A stretch of 64,000 bases of DNA from Alphaproteobacteria bacterium (GTDB lineage: Bacteria > Pseudomonadota > Alphaproteobacteria > UBA828). The first letter of the stretch is position 1. Each line of letters starts with the position of its first letter. The position numbers and the translations under genes are program-made. Shown piece after piece: positions 1 to 10,974 of this stretch. The stretch is from NCBI GenBank assembly GCA_965214705.1, contig OZ243972.1:992001-1056000 (forward strand), given 5' to 3'. The notes under the pieces are model-generated. The model saw nothing but the letters and a program-made list of their open reading frames with translations. It made no database searches and had not been told where the DNA came from.

Positions 1-70
1 CTTGCTGAAGGAACCGAGGTGCCCTGATGCTACGCATACCAAGACCATGACCGCGGCGAGAGGGAGTGCC

Positions 71-907
71 ATGATGCGGACCGTGAGATTGCCGGGAGGC
101 GACGAGGTGGTGGCCCTCGGCCAGGGCACGTGGCGCATGGGCGAGCGCCGGGCGGCGCGCAAGGACGAGGTGGCGGCGCTCCGGCACGGCATCGCCGGCG
201 GCATGACGCTCATCGACACGGCGGAGATGTACGGCTCCGGCGGCTCAGAGCGGGTGGTCGGCGAGGCGATCCGCGGGCAGCGCGACAAGGTCTACCTGGT
301 GAGCAAGGTTCTGCCGTCGAACGCCGGGCGCAAGCGCATGAAGCGCGCCTGCGAAAAGAGCCTGAAGTGCCTCGGCACCGACTATCTCGACCTCTACCTG
401 CTGCACTGGCGCAGCGGCACGTCCCTCGACGAGACCGTCGAAGGCTTCCTCGCGCTGCAGGAGGCCGGCAAGATCCGCCACTTCGGGGTCAGCAACTTCG
501 ACATCGACGACATGGAGGAGCTGTGGGAGACCCCCGGCGGGCAAGGCTGCCAGACCAACCAGATCCTCTACAACCTGTCGCGGCGCTGGCCGGAGGGAGC
601 GCTGATGGACTGGTCCCAGCGCCATGACCAGCCGTTGATGATCTATTCGCCGCTGGAGCAGGGCAGGCTGCCGGCGGGCGGTGCGCTCGGCGCGATCGCC
701 GCCGCCCGCGGCGTGACGACGATGCAGGTGGCGCTCGCCTGGGTGCTCCGGCACGAGGACGTGTTCGTCGTGCCCAAGGCGAGCCGCATCACCCATGTTG
801 ATGAGAATCTGGGCGCACTCGACATCGCGCTCACCGATGACGAGCTTGCCGCGCTGGATGAGGACTTTCCGCCGCCCGAGGGCGGTGCGCCCCTCGAAAT
901 CCTGTAG
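71..907 (+). CDS. Aldo/keto reductase (YeaE-like)
   Basis: Motifs LGQGTW, IDTAEMYG, YLDLYLLHW, GKIRHFGVSNF and YSPL; ATG at 71 follows an AGGGAG RBS. Confidence 0.9.
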   Translation: MMRTVRLPGGDEVVALGQGTWRMGERRAARKDEVAALRHGIAGGMTLIDTAEMYGSGGSERVVGEAIRGQRDKVYLVSKVLPSNAGRKRMKRACEKSLKCLGTDYLDLYLLHWRSGTSLDETVEGFLALQEAGKIRHFGVSNFDIDDMEELWETPGGQGCQTNQILYNLSRRWPEGALMDWSQRHDQPLMIYSPLEQGRLPAGGALGAIAAARGVTTMQVALAWVLRHEDVFVVPKASRITHVDENLGALDIALTDDELAALDEDFPPPEGGAPLEIL

Positions 908-925
908 GGTGCGCTGCGGGAAGCG

Positions 926-1816
926 TCAGTCGCCCTGTCCGATCATCTTCATGATGCCGGAAAAATCGTCCGCCCCGTTGCCGGCGTTGCAGAAGAGGGT
1001 GTAGAGCGCCGCCGCCTCCGCGCCGAGCGGCGAGGCCGCGCCGGCCGAGGCCGCGGCGGTCTGGGCGAGGCGCAGGTCCTTCAGCATCATGGCCGCCGTG
1101 AACCCCGGCGCGTACTCGCGGTTGGACGGCGCGTTCGGCACCGGCCCCGGCACCGGGCAATAGGAGGTGAGCGCCCAGCACTGGCCCGTCGCCTTGGAGA
1201 CGATGTCGAAGAGGGTCTGGCGCTCCAGCCCGAGCCGGTCCGCCATCCCGAAGGCCTCGCACACCCCGATCATCGAGACCGCGAGGATCAGGTTGTTGCA
1301 GACCTTCGCGGTCTGGCCCGCTCCCGATGCGCCGGCGTGGATCACGGCCTTGCCCATGTCGCCCAGCACCGCACGCGCGCGCTCCACTGCTTCGGCCTCG
1401 CCCCCCACCATGAAGGTCAGCGTGCCCGCCGCGGCACCGGCGACACCGCCGGAAACCGGTGAATCCAGCAGCGCCCAGCCGCCCTCGGCGGCCGTCGCGG
1501 CGACATCGCGCGCGGTATCGACGTCGATGGTCGAGCAGTCGATGAGCAGCGTGCCGGGCGCCGCGACCGAGAGGACTCCGCCCTCGCCGCGATAGACCTC
1601 GGACACCTCGGCGCCGGCGGGCAGCATGGTGATGACCACCTCGCGTCCTGCCGCGGTCTCGGCCACCGTGCTCGCCGTTGCACAACCTGCCTCTCGGGCC
1701 CTCTCCACGGCATCCGCGCTGATGTCGAAGGCGGAGACGGCGTGGCCGGCCTTCGCCAGATTGGCGGCCATCGGCCCTCCCATGTTGCCGAGCCCGATGA
1801 AACCCACGTCAGCCAT
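926..1816 (-). CDS. mmsB: 3-hydroxyisobutyrate dehydrogenase
   Basis: GFIGLGNMGGPMA Rossmann motif, DSPVSGG, GTLTFMVGG, catalytic K in AKVCNN, YCPVPG; ATG at 1816 after GGGAG. Confidence 0.93.
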   Translation of the reverse strand: MADVGFIGLGNMGGPMAANLAKAGHAVSAFDISADAVERAREAGCATASTVAETAAGREVVITMLPAGAEVSEVYRGEGGVLSVAAPGTLLIDCSTIDVDTARDVAATAAEGGWALLDSPVSGGVAGAAAGTLTFMVGGEAEAVERARAVLGDMGKAVIHAGASGAGQTAKVCNNLILAVSMIGVCEAFGMADRLGLERQTLFDIVSKATGQCWALTSYCPVPGPVPNAPSNREYAPGFTAAMMLKDLRLAQTAAASAGAASPLGAEAAALYTLFCNAGNGADDFSGIMKMIGQGD

Positions 1817-1869
1817 GTCGAAATCTCCCTCCCGCATCCGTCAGCGGCGGGGGTGCCGCTGGCGGCCGC

Positions 1870-2937
1870 TCACCACGTCATGTCGCCCTTGGGCGGCTCC
1901 TCGAAATAAGCATCGACCGCTGCCGCCGTCACCTCCTCCAGACGCGCCGGGCGCCAGGCCGGATTGCGGTCCTTGTCGACGATCTGGGCGCGAATGCCCT
2001 CGAAGAAGTCGGCGCCGAGGTTACAGTGCATAGCGAGGCGGTATTCCAGTGACATGGCCTCCTCGAAGTCGCGCTCGCCGTACTCCGTGAGCTGCTTGAA
2101 CGAGACCTTGAGGCTGGTCGGCGATTTCTGGAGGAGCGTCGCGAGCGTCTCCGCCGCCCAGTCCGAGCCTTCAGCCTCAAGCTTGGCGACGATCTCCTCC
2201 ACGGAGCCCGCATCGAAGCAGCGGTCGATCGCTGCCTGATGCGCGGCGAGAGGGGCCGGGCCGAGGTCTGCGGCGCTCTCCGCCAGCATTCGGCCGACGG
2301 CCGCGTGCGCGTCGCCGCCGAGGTCCGCCGCCAGAAGGGTCTCGTCAAGCGCCTGCAGGGCGTCGCTCGCGACAACGTGGGTCGCGAGCCCGAGATAGAG
2401 CGAGTCGGCCGCGCCGATGCGCGCGCCGGTGAGCCCGAGGTAGAGCCCCGCCTTGCCCGTGAGCCTGGGTAGGAAGTAGGTCGCGCCGACATCGGGGAAG
2501 AGCCCGATGCCGGTCTCCGGCATGGCGAAGAGCGCGCGCTCGGTCATCACGCGGTGCGAGCCATGAATCGATATTCCGACGCCGCCCCCCATCACCACGC
2601 CGTCGATCAGCGCGACGTAAGGCTTGGGATAGCGGAAGATGACGGTGTTGAGCCGGTATTCCTGGGCGTAGAAGACCGTGGCGAAGTCGCGCTCCGGGTC
2701 GTCCCGCTCGCCGTAGAGCAGGCGGATATCGCCGCCGGCGCAGAAGGGCACGCGGCCGTCCTCCCGCGCCGCGCCGCGCACCACCACGGCGGCGATGGCG
2801 GGGTCCTCCGCCCATTCCCTGAGCCTCGCGTCGAGGTCCAGCACCATGGGTTGGGTCAGCGCGTTCAGCGCCTTCGGCCGGTTCAGCGTGACACTGCCGA
2901 CCCGGCCCTTCCGTTCCAGGATGATCTCGTCGCTCAC
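1870..2937 (-). CDS. Enoyl-CoA hydratase/isomerase family, 3-hydroxyisobutyryl-CoA hydrolase-like
   Basis: LNRPKALNAL, FCAGGD, DGVVMGGGVG, AMPETGIGLFPDVG, FFEGIRA..VDKDRNP; lies next to mmsB. Confidence 0.9.
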   Translation of the reverse strand: MSDEIILERKGRVGSVTLNRPKALNALTQPMVLDLDARLREWAEDPAIAAVVVRGAAREDGRVPFCAGGDIRLLYGERDDPERDFATVFYAQEYRLNTVIFRYPKPYVALIDGVVMGGGVGISIHGSHRVMTERALFAMPETGIGLFPDVGATYFLPRLTGKAGLYLGLTGARIGAADSLYLGLATHVVASDALQALDETLLAADLGGDAHAAVGRMLAESAADLGPAPLAAHQAAIDRCFDAGSVEEIVAKLEAEGSDWAAETLATLLQKSPTSLKVSFKQLTEYGERDFEEAMSLEYRLAMHCNLGADFFEGIRAQIVDKDRNPAWRPARLEEVTAAAVDAYFEEPPKGDMTW

Positions 2938-3019
2938 GGTCGCTCCACCCCGGTCAATTGCCGGCGCATCCTACGGATAAGCCCTCAGTGGGGAAACAGG
3001 CGCTTGGTGGTGGCCCGTC

Positions 3020-4159
3020 TCACTCCGCCAGCAGGCGGCGGGCGATGATGAGGCGCATGATCTCGTTGGTGCCTTCGAGGATCTGGTGGACCCGCAGGTC
3101 GCGCAGGTGCCGCTCCACGGGGAAGTCCATAAGGTAGCCGTAGCCGCCGAGAAGCTGCAGCGCCTGGTTGCAGACCTCGAAGCCCGTATCGGTGGCGAAG
3201 CGCTTGGCCATGGCGATGATGGCGGTGGCACCGTCCTCGCGCGCGTCGAGCGCCGCCGCGGCCCGGTGGATCATCAGGCGCGCGGCTTCGAGGTTCGTCG
3301 CCATGTCGGCGAGCGTGAATTGCAGCGCCTGAAAGTCGGCGAGCCTGCGGCCGAACTGCTCGCGATGGAGCAGATGATCGCGGGCGATCTCCAGACTCGC
3401 CTGGGCCGCACCGATCGAACAGGCCCCTATGTTGATGCGCCCGCCGTCGAGCCCCGCCATGGCGATCTTGAAGCCCTGGCCTTCAGAGCCGATGAGGTTC
3501 TCCGCCGGCACGCGGCAGTCCTCGAAGATCACCATCGCCGTCGGCTGGCTGTGCCATCCGAGCTTCTTCTCCTGGGCGCCGAAGCCAAGGCCCGGCGTGT
3601 CGCGCTCGACCGCGATGCAAGAGATGCCGCCTGGCCCCGGCCCGCCGGTGCGCACCATGCAGACGTAAACATCGGCGTGGCCGCCGCCGGAGATGAAGGC
3701 CTTGGTGCCGTTCAGCACGTAGTGCTCGCCGTCCCGGCGCGCGCTGGCCTTGAGCGAGGCAGCGTCGGAGCCCGAGCCCGGCTCGGTCAGGCAGTAGCTC
3801 GCGAAGTGTTCCATGCTCGCAAGACGCGGCAGGAAGCGCCTGCGCTGCGCGTCCCCACCAAAGGCGTCGATCATCCAGGACGCCATGTTGTGGATCGAGA
3901 TGTAGGCGGCGGTCGAGGCGCAGCCCCGCGCCAGGCCCTCGAAGATCAACGCCGCGTCGAGCCGAGTCAGGTTCGACCCGCCGACGTCGTCGCCCACGTA
4001 GATGCCGCCGAAGCCGAGCGACGCGGCCTTGCGCAGCGTCTCCACCGGGAAGGTGCAGTCCCGGTCCCACTGGGGGGCGAAGGGGGCAAGCTCATTCTCG
4101 GCAAAGCTCTGGGCGAGCTCGCGGAACGCCTCTTGCTCTTCCGAAAGGGTGAAGTCCAT
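3020..4159 (-). CDS. Acyl-CoA dehydrogenase, isobutyryl-CoA dehydrogenase-like
   Basis: [44 protein letters not shown]; valine catabolism context. Confidence 0.9.
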   Translation of the reverse strand: MDFTLSEEQEAFRELAQSFAENELAPFAPQWDRDCTFPVETLRKAASLGFGGIYVGDDVGGSNLTRLDAALIFEGLARGCASTAAYISIHNMASWMIDAFGGDAQRRRFLPRLASMEHFASYCLTEPGSGSDAASLKASARRDGEHYVLNGTKAFISGGGHADVYVCMVRTGGPGPGGISCIAVERDTPGLGFGAQEKKLGWHSQPTAMVIFEDCRVPAENLIGSEGQGFKIAMAGLDGGRINIGACSIGAAQASLEIARDHLLHREQFGRRLADFQALQFTLADMATNLEAARLMIHRAAAALDAREDGATAIIAMAKRFATDTGFEVCNQALQLLGGYGYLMDFPVERHLRDLRVHQILEGTNEIMRLIIARRLLAE

Positions 4160-4163
4160 GGGC

Positions 4164-5267
4164 CTAACTTAGCGAGCGCCGGCGCACCTGGGCGAGACGA
4201 AATATCAGGGGAGCCACGATCACGATCAGCATGATCCGCGCGATGTGATGGGTCGAGACGAAGGCGGCGGCGCTCCCCATGGTGAGCGCGATCAGGCTCA
4301 TCTCGGCAAGCCCGCCGGGGGCGAACGCGAGGAACAGGACCGGACCCGACTGGCCCGCGACGGCGGCGAGGCCGTAGGCCGCGCCGGCCGTGACCAGCAC
4401 CATCATCACCCCCACCAGCCCAGCCAGCAGCATGATTCGCCTAAGCTCGCCGAACGCCATGCCTACGAAGCGCGCCCCGATGGCGCCGCCGAGCACCACC
4501 TGGGCGGCAGCGATCAACTCGCCGGGCGGCTGCGCCGAGACCACCCCGCTCAAGTGCAGGGCGGCGCTCAGCACCATCGGCCCCACCAGTTGCGCCGCCG
4601 GCACCTTGAGCGCCTTCGCCGCCGGGTAGCCCACCAGCGCACAGGCGATCAGCGCGAGGATGTCGATCCAGTCTGCCGACTCGCCGGCGGGCACCGGCAG
4701 GCCCACCGGGGCGACCCCCTCGACCAGCCGGAAGTAGAAGGCGATCAGGAAGACGGCGACCAGGATGCGCGTGGCGTGGGTGAGCGAGATCGTGCGCCCG
4801 TCGCCGCCCATGCTCTCGCCGAGCACCATCATCTCGCTGAGCCCGCCCGGCATGGACGAGAAGTAGGCGGACACCCGGTCGTAGCCTCCCAACTTGCGGA
4901 AGACGACATAGGCCATGCCTGCCGCCAACGCCGTGGAGAGCACCACGCCCGAGAGCCCCACGTACCATTCCGCGATTCGGCCGAAGAGGTCGATGGTGAA
5001 CTGGCTGCCCAGCAACACGCCGAGGATCGCGATCATGACGTTGCGGACCTGAGCGGGGACCATGATCGGCGCGCCGGCGAGCGCCGCCCCTGTCGCCACG
5101 GTCATGGCGCCCAGCATCCAGGGCAGCGGCAGCGCCAGAGCGAAAAAGATTGCTCCGCCGACGGTACCGAGGCCGACGGCGAGTGCGAAGCGCAAGCCGG
5201 CGATGCGCAGCCGCGCGGCCTGCCAGCGCGGGCCAAATGGGATGTCGAACGGTTTCACGGGCCGCAC
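4164..5267 (-). CDS. AbrB-family (putative ammonia monooxygenase-like) duplicated membrane protein
   Basis: About 10 hydrophobic segments; duplicated motifs PLPWMLG/PAAQLVG and PGGLSEM/PGGLAEM. Confidence 0.8.
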   Translation of the reverse strand: MRPVKPFDIPFGPRWQAARLRIAGLRFALAVGLGTVGGAIFFALALPLPWMLGAMTVATGAALAGAPIMVPAQVRNVMIAILGVLLGSQFTIDLFGRIAEWYVGLSGVVLSTALAAGMAYVVFRKLGGYDRVSAYFSSMPGGLSEMMVLGESMGGDGRTISLTHATRILVAVFLIAFYFRLVEGVAPVGLPVPAGESADWIDILALIACALVGYPAAKALKVPAAQLVGPMVLSAALHLSGVVSAQPPGELIAAAQVVLGGAIGARFVGMAFGELRRIMLLAGLVGVMMVLVTAGAAYGLAAVAGQSGPVLFLAFAPGGLAEMSLIALTMGSAAAFVSTHHIARIMLIVIVAPLIFRLAQVRRRSLS

Positions 5268-5289
5268 CCGGCTCGCCGCGCCGCACCCC

Positions 5290-6057
5290 TCAAGGGGTGA
5301 ACTGCTCGGAGAGGATGCGCTCGGTGAGGCTGTGCTCGGGATCGAACAGGAGGTTGATCGCCGTCGCGTGATCGACCGCGACCTCGACCGACGCCACGTC
5401 GCGCACCTCGGTGTAGTCGGCGACCGCGCTGACCGGGCGCTTGTCGTGCTCGATCACCTCGAGCCGCACGGTGGCCTCGTGCAGCAGAAGCGCGCCACGC
5501 CAGCGGCGCGGGCGGAAGGCGCTGATCGGCGTAAGCGCCAGGATGTTGGCGCCGAGCGGGATGATCGGGCCGTGGGCCGAGAGGTTGTAGGCGGTGCTGC
5601 CGGCGGGCGTCGCCACGATCACGCCGTCGCAGATCAATTCCTCCACCCGCACGACGCCGTCCACGCTGATCCTGATCTTGGCGGCCTGGCGGGTCTCCCG
5701 CAGCATCGAGACCTCGTTGATGGCGAGCGCTTCCTGCGTATCGCCGTGGATTGTCTCGGCCCGCATGCTGAGCGGGTGCAGGACCGTGCTGTGCGCCTGC
5801 TCCAGCCGCGCCGGCAGGTCGTCGAGGGAGAATTCGTTCATCAAAAAGCCGACCGTGCCCCGGCTCATGCCGTAGATCGGCTTGCCCCGGCGGAGCAGGC
5901 GGTGCTGGGTTTCCAGCATGAAGCCGTCGCCGCCGAGGGCGACGATGACGTCGGCTTCCACCGGCTCGGTCAGGGAGTAGCGTGCGGCGATCTCGGCCAG
6001 CGCGTCTTGAGCATCGGCGGCGGTCGAGGCGACGGCGGCCATCCTCCGGTAGCGCAT
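5290..6057 (-). CDS. nadK: NAD kinase
   Basis: [36 protein letters not shown]. Confidence 0.93.
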   Translation of the reverse strand: MRYRRMAAVASTAADAQDALAEIAARYSLTEPVEADVIVALGGDGFMLETQHRLLRRGKPIYGMSRGTVGFLMNEFSLDDLPARLEQAHSTVLHPLSMRAETIHGDTQEALAINEVSMLRETRQAAKIRISVDGVVRVEELICDGVIVATPAGSTAYNLSAHGPIIPLGANILALTPISAFRPRRWRGALLLHEATVRLEVIEHDKRPVSAVADYTEVRDVASVEVAVDHATAINLLFDPEHSLTERILSEQFTP

Positions 6058-6115
6058 GGGGTCCCCCGATGGGTAGCGCCGGCACGGCGCTAAGCGTGGT
6101 CTGGGCGGCGGCGGA

Positions 6116-7108
6116 TCAGCCGCCGGTCACGCTCATGTGGCGGCCGACCGCCGGGCCGGTATGGCGGCGGTCGATGATGAAGTCATGGCCCTTGGGCTTG
6201 CGCCCGATCGCCTCGTGGATCGCGTCGACCAACGCCTCGTCGCTTTCGCTCTGGCGGAGCGGGGTGCGCAGGTCGGCCGCGTCCTCCTGGCCCAGGCACA
6301 TGTAGAGCGTGCCGGTGCAGGTGAGCCGGACCCGGTTGCAGGATTCGCAGAAGTTGTGGGTGAGGGGCGTGATGAAGCCGATCCGCTGGCCGGTCTCGCG
6401 CACCGTGACGTAGCGCGCGGGCCCGCCGGTGCGATGGTCGCTCTCGTCCAGGGTCCAACGCTTGCGCAGCCGCGCGCGGACGAGAGAGAGCGGCAGGTAG
6501 TGCTCGGTGCGGTCGCCGTCGATGTCGCCGAGCGGCATGGTCTCGATGAAGGTGATATCCTGGCCCTCGGCCGCGCACCACTCGATCAGGTCCTCGATCT
6601 CGTCCTCGTTGACGCCGCGCAGCGCCACGGTGTTGATCTTGACCCTGAGGCCCGCCGCACGCGCCGCCTCGATCCCCTCCAGCACCTGGTCGAGCCGGCC
6701 CCAGCGAGTGATCTCCGCGAATTTCGCAGGATCGCGCGTGTCGAGGGAGATGTTGATGCGGCGCACGCCGGCCGCGTAAAGAGCCTCCGCGTGGCGCGGC
6801 AGTTGGCTGCCGTTGGTGGTGAGCGTTAGCTCGTCGAGCGCGCCGGTCCGCAAGTGGCGGCCCAGGCTCTCGAACAGGCCCATGACGCCCTTCCGCACCA
6901 GCGGCTCGCCGCCGGTGATGCGCAGCTTGCGCACGCCGAGGCCGACGAAGGCGCTGCACAGGCGATCCAGCTCCTCAAGCGTCAGCAGCTCCGCCTTCGG
7001 CAGGAAACTCATGTGCTCCGACATGCAGTAGAAGCAGCGGAAGTCGCACCGGTCCGTGACCGAGACCCGCAGGTAGGTGACGTGGCGCTCGAATGGGTCG
7101 ATCAGCAT
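6116..7108 (-). CDS. moaA: GTP 3',8-cyclase (radical SAM, molybdenum cofactor biosynthesis)
   Basis: CDFRCFYC radical SAM motif, TGGEPL, C-terminal CESCNRVR..C cluster, ends in MSVTGG. Confidence 0.96.
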   Translation of the reverse strand: MLIDPFERHVTYLRVSVTDRCDFRCFYCMSEHMSFLPKAELLTLEELDRLCSAFVGLGVRKLRITGGEPLVRKGVMGLFESLGRHLRTGALDELTLTTNGSQLPRHAEALYAAGVRRINISLDTRDPAKFAEITRWGRLDQVLEGIEAARAAGLRVKINTVALRGVNEDEIEDLIEWCAAEGQDITFIETMPLGDIDGDRTEHYLPLSLVRARLRKRWTLDESDHRTGGPARYVTVRETGQRIGFITPLTHNFCESCNRVRLTCTGTLYMCLGQEDAADLRTPLRQSESDEALVDAIHEAIGRKPKGHDFIIDRRHTGPAVGRHMSVTGG

Positions 7109-7293
7109 GGCTTCCGCTCCGCCGGCGCGCGGCGGCCCTTATGCCGCTCGGCGCCCCGCATATTACGCGAGGGTGCCGAATTTCTCCCGGAGAATCTGGG
7201 CATCATCGGGGTGACGTCAACCGTGCCGCTCGCACGGTAATGGAGGCTGCTGGTAGGATCGGGAGCGAAGGGCCGCGAAGTGGAGCGCGCAGA

Positions 7294-8310
7294 ATGACGG
7301 AATCAGTGGTCCCGGTCATCGATATCGCGCCGTTTCTCGCCGGCGAGCGGGAAGACAAGGCGCGCGTTACCGCAGAGGTGGACGACGCCTGCCGCGAGAT
7401 CGGCTTCCTCGTGATCGCTGGCCACGGCGTGTCCCAGGCGCAGATCGACGAGATACGCCACGTCACCCGCGCCTTCTTCGAGCTGCCCTATTGGGAGAAG
7501 CTGAGAGTCAAGATGCCGCCCGACCGCTATCGCGGGTTGATGACCGTCGGCAGCGAGGACGTGGCCTACAGTATGGACGCCGACGAGGGCGCGCCTGACT
7601 GGCGCGAGAGCTTCGTCACCGGGCCCTTCGATCACGCCTACGACGAATATCACTACGGGCCGAAGGGCTGGCGCTTCTTCGCAGCCAATCTCTGGCCCGA
7701 TAAGCCTGCGGAGATGCGGCCGCTCTGGGAGGCCTACTATCGGGAGATGGAGCGGCTGGCGGGCGACCTGATGCGCATCTTCGCCTGCGCGCTGGGGCTG
7801 CCCGAGGCGTTCTTCGTCGACAAGATCGACCGGCACATCACCAACTTCATCGCCTCCTACTACCCGCCGCAGCCGACCCCGCCGCTGCCGGGGCAGCTCC
7901 GCTGCGGCGCCCATGCCGACTACGGCAGCCTCACCATCGTCTCCTCCGATTCCCCCGTGGGCGGCCTGCAGGTGCTAGGCAAGGACGGCGCCTGGGCCGA
8001 CGTGCCCTGCATCCCCGGCACCTTCGTCATCAATCTCGGCGACCTGATGGCGGAGTGGACCAACGACCGCTGGCGCTCGACCCTGCACCGGGTGGTCAAT
8101 CCGCCGCGTGAGGAGGCGGAGAGCAGCCGGCTCTCGCTGCTGTTCTTCCACCAACCCAACTACGACGCCGTGATCGAGTGCCTGCCGAGCTGCACCGATG
8201 CAGCCAACCCGCCGCGCTACACGCCCATCACGTCCGGCGCCCACGTCGCATACAAGATCGACAAGAGCCGCCGCCCGCTTCTCGAGGATGCCGAGGCGGC
8301 TGCAGGATAG
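7294..8310 (+). CDS. Isopenicillin N synthase-family 2-oxoglutarate/Fe(II) oxygenase
   Basis: VPVIDI, ACREIGF, HxD in GAHADYG, NLGDLM..WTND, distal His in LHRV, RxS (RLS). Confidence 0.88.
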   Translation: MTESVVPVIDIAPFLAGEREDKARVTAEVDDACREIGFLVIAGHGVSQAQIDEIRHVTRAFFELPYWEKLRVKMPPDRYRGLMTVGSEDVAYSMDADEGAPDWRESFVTGPFDHAYDEYHYGPKGWRFFAANLWPDKPAEMRPLWEAYYREMERLAGDLMRIFACALGLPEAFFVDKIDRHITNFIASYYPPQPTPPLPGQLRCGAHADYGSLTIVSSDSPVGGLQVLGKDGAWADVPCIPGTFVINLGDLMAEWTNDRWRSTLHRVVNPPREEAESSRLSLLFFHQPNYDAVIECLPSCTDAANPPRYTPITSGAHVAYKIDKSRRPLLEDAEAAAG

Positions 8311-8407
8311 CGGCGGCACCATCGGCCCTTGACTCCCCGCGCCTGAGACCGCGAATTCGGGCCGCCCGCACGGCGGGCGATGAAGGCGTGACGGAGAGGA
8401 GGCGGCG

Positions 8408-9757
8408 GTGGCCGACAACGGAGGGCAAGGCGCCCGCGATCAGGTAGAGGACGCACTGGCGCAGCTAGAGCGCGGCGGCATTCAACACGTTCGCTTCGAG
8501 CTGCCGGACATGCACGGCTCGGCCCGCTCCAAGCAGGTGCCGATCGAGCGATTTCCCGCCTCCGCCCGCGAGGGCGTGAACATGTATGGCGGCATCGTGG
8601 CCCTCGACACGGCCTCCCACGTGATCCCCGGCACCCTCTACAACGAGGAGGTCAAGTACAAGGACCAGACCCTGCGTCCGGACCTTTCGACCCTCGCGAC
8701 CGTGCCGTGGCTCGACGGCATGGCCAAGGTCATCTGCGACACAGAGTGGGAGGACGGCACGCCGCTACACGCGGCACCCCGCGGTGTCGCTCGCCGGATG
8801 CTGGAGCGGGCGGCCGAGCTCGGCTTCGGCATCGAGAGCGCCCACGAGTACGAGTTCTACGTGCTCGACCGCGAGACCTATCAGCCGCTTTTCGGCGGCG
8901 TCCACATCTTCAACAATCTACGCAACGATCACCTGCCCGCGATCCGCGCGGTGGTCGACGGTCTGCGCGCGGCCGGCATCCCGATGCTGACCGCGAACGC
9001 CGAATACGCGCCCTCGCAGTACGAGCTGGTCTACAGGCATGCCGCGGGGATGGCGGGCCTCGACCAAGCGTTTACCTTCAAGAACGGGGTGAAAGAAATC
9101 GTCCAGCACGAAGGGCTCACCGCGACCTTCATGGGCAAGCCCTCGGCGGAGTCGGCGGGCTCCGGCTGCCACTACCACATCAGCCTGCTCGACAAGGAAA
9201 GCGGGCAGAGCGCCTTCTACGACCCCGATAACCCGAGCGAGATGACGCCGACACTCAGGCACTTCGTCCAGGGCATCATCGACCACGGCGCGGCTGCCAT
9301 GGCGCTCTTCAACCCGACGCCCAACTGCTACCGCCGGCTCACGCCCCACACCTTCGCGCCGTCGAACGTGAGCTGGGGCGAGGAGGACCGGAGCGCGATG
9401 GTGCGCATCAAGCAGCCGGGCTCGCCTGGGATGCACGTGGAGATGCGGGCGTCTTCTGCGATCAGCAATCCCTATCTCTGCGCGGCCGGCACGCTCGCCT
9501 GCGGGCTGCTCGGGATGAGCGAGAAGCGCTCGCTGGTCGCGCAGTCCGACGGGCCGAGCGAGGACGACCCCAGCCTGCCGCCCTTCCCGGCCAATCTCGA
9601 GGCGGCGCTGGCTGCACTCGAAGCCGACGCGGCGATGGTCGATCTGCTGGGCGAGGAGTTCGTGACCGTCTTCACCACGATGAAGCGCGCCGAGCTCGCC
9701 CGCTTCAACGCCCACGTCACGCAGTGGGAGCGCGACGAATACATCGAGCTTTATTGA
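8408..9757 (+). CDS. Glutamine synthetase-family protein (probably a gamma-glutamyl-amine ligase rather than GlnA)
   Basis: EYEFY, EYAPSQYE, ATFMGKP, GSGCHYHISL, NPTPNCYRRL, DRSAMVRI, EMR..NPYL; about 450 aa. Confidence 0.85.
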   Translation: MADNGGQGARDQVEDALAQLERGGIQHVRFELPDMHGSARSKQVPIERFPASAREGVNMYGGIVALDTASHVIPGTLYNEEVKYKDQTLRPDLSTLATVPWLDGMAKVICDTEWEDGTPLHAAPRGVARRMLERAAELGFGIESAHEYEFYVLDRETYQPLFGGVHIFNNLRNDHLPAIRAVVDGLRAAGIPMLTANAEYAPSQYELVYRHAAGMAGLDQAFTFKNGVKEIVQHEGLTATFMGKPSAESAGSGCHYHISLLDKESGQSAFYDPDNPSEMTPTLRHFVQGIIDHGAAAMALFNPTPNCYRRLTPHTFAPSNVSWGEEDRSAMVRIKQPGSPGMHVEMRASSAISNPYLCAAGTLACGLLGMSEKRSLVAQSDGPSEDDPSLPPFPANLEAALAALEADAAMVDLLGEEFVTVFTTMKRAELARFNAHVTQWERDEYIELY

Positions 9758-9801
9758 GCCGCGGTCAGTATTTGGTTTGGGTCGAGCAGCCGGTTTCTAC
9801 C

Positions 9802-9915
9802 CACCTCTCCCTGTCCCTCTCCCCCCTGAAGGGCGGAGAGGGGACGTAGATGGCGCCGGCTAACACTCCCTCTCCTCCCCTCGGGGGAGGAAAGGGTCGG
9901 GGTGAGGAGGGGGTG
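9802..9915. repeat. REP/RIME-like intergenic palindromic element (two inverted CCCTCTCCC..GGAGAGGG units)
   Basis: cctctccctgtccctctcccccctgaagggcggagagggga followed by tccctctcctcccctcgggggaggaaagggtcggggtgaggagggg, between convergent genes. Confidence 0.7.
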
Positions 9916-9943
9916 CTTTCGATTAGACTTGGCGGTGCACTTC

Positions 9944-10963
9944 CTAACGGAAGTGCGGGAGCACGTGGTCGGCGTAGGCCGCGACGATCTGCTCCTCGCC
10001 GCCGTTGGTAAGGTAGATGTTGAACTGGGTCACGCCGGCCGCCTCCAGCGCACGGATCTTCTCCACATGGGCCTCGGCCGGGCCGACCACGCAGAAGTCC
10101 TCGGTGATCTCGGGCGAGACGTAGGCACTGTTGTCTGACTCCAGCGCGGTGTGCTGGCGATAGTCGTAGCCCTCGTCGGCGCCCACACCCTCGCGCTCCG
10201 CAATGTAGGTGGTGAGGCTCTTCGGCACGAGGTCGGTGCCGGCGCCGTGGTGCTTCACGATGTCGGCCACGTGGTTGCCCACCAGCGCCGGGAACCACTT
10301 GGTCTGGGCGATCCCGGCCTCGCGGTCGCCGACCCAGACCGGTGCGCAGGCCATGACGCGGTAGTCCGCCATGTCGCGGCCTTCGGCGCGGCCGGCGGCG
10401 CGCGCCTGGTCCCCCATCCACTGGCAGAGGCCGACGTCGCCGAGCTGCACGATCAGCCCGTCGCCGACGCGGCCAGCCGCCGCCAGCGCACGCGGCCCGT
10501 AGGCCGCGACCCAGACCGGCATCTCGTAGCCGCCGGTCCAGTCGAACTGCACCGGCTCCGGCACGCCCTCGTAGCTCACCGCCTCGCCCCGCACCAGCGC
10601 CTTCATGGCGTGGCAGAACTCCTCCAGACGTGCCACCGTCGCCGGCCGCTTGCCGATCGCCCGCACGGCGCTGTCGCCGCGCCCCACGCCCATGTCGAAG
10701 CGGCCGTCCGACTGCACCGCCATCGCCCCGAACAGGCTCGCGGCCACCGACCATTCGCGGGTCATCGGGTTGGTGACGCAGGGGCCGAAGCGCAGCCGCT
10801 GTGTGTGGTCGATGGCGACCGCCATCTGTGGGTAAAGATCGCGCCACAGCGCGTGGCTGTCGAAGAACCAAGCGTAGTCGAAACCCGCCGCCTCGGCCTG
10901 CCTGCAGATGGCGACGATGCGATCCTTTTCGAGGTCGCCGCGAAAGGTGATGGCGAATTCCAT
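9944..10963 (-). CDS. LLM-class F420-dependent oxidoreductase (TIGR03842-like)
   Basis: AEAAGFDYAWFFDSH, GPCVTNP.TR, GRGDSA, AAYGP, FPALVGNHVAD, GYDY..H; directly downstream of npdG. Confidence 0.85.
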   Translation of the reverse strand: MEFAITFRGDLEKDRIVAICRQAEAAGFDYAWFFDSHALWRDLYPQMAVAIDHTQRLRFGPCVTNPMTREWSVAASLFGAMAVQSDGRFDMGVGRGDSAVRAIGKRPATVARLEEFCHAMKALVRGEAVSYEGVPEPVQFDWTGGYEMPVWVAAYGPRALAAAGRVGDGLIVQLGDVGLCQWMGDQARAAGRAEGRDMADYRVMACAPVWVGDREAGIAQTKWFPALVGNHVADIVKHHGAGTDLVPKSLTTYIAEREGVGADEGYDYRQHTALESDNSAYVSPEITEDFCVVGPAEAHVEKIRALEAAGVTQFNIYLTNGGEEQIVAAYADHVLPHFR

Positions 10964-10974
10964 GATTGTCTCCT

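Noticed and set aside
4164-5267. Ammonia monooxygenase linked to P460 as evidence of nitrification
   Set aside because: The AbrB family label is a legacy annotation. The protein is unrelated to AmoABC, and no amo or hao genes are present.
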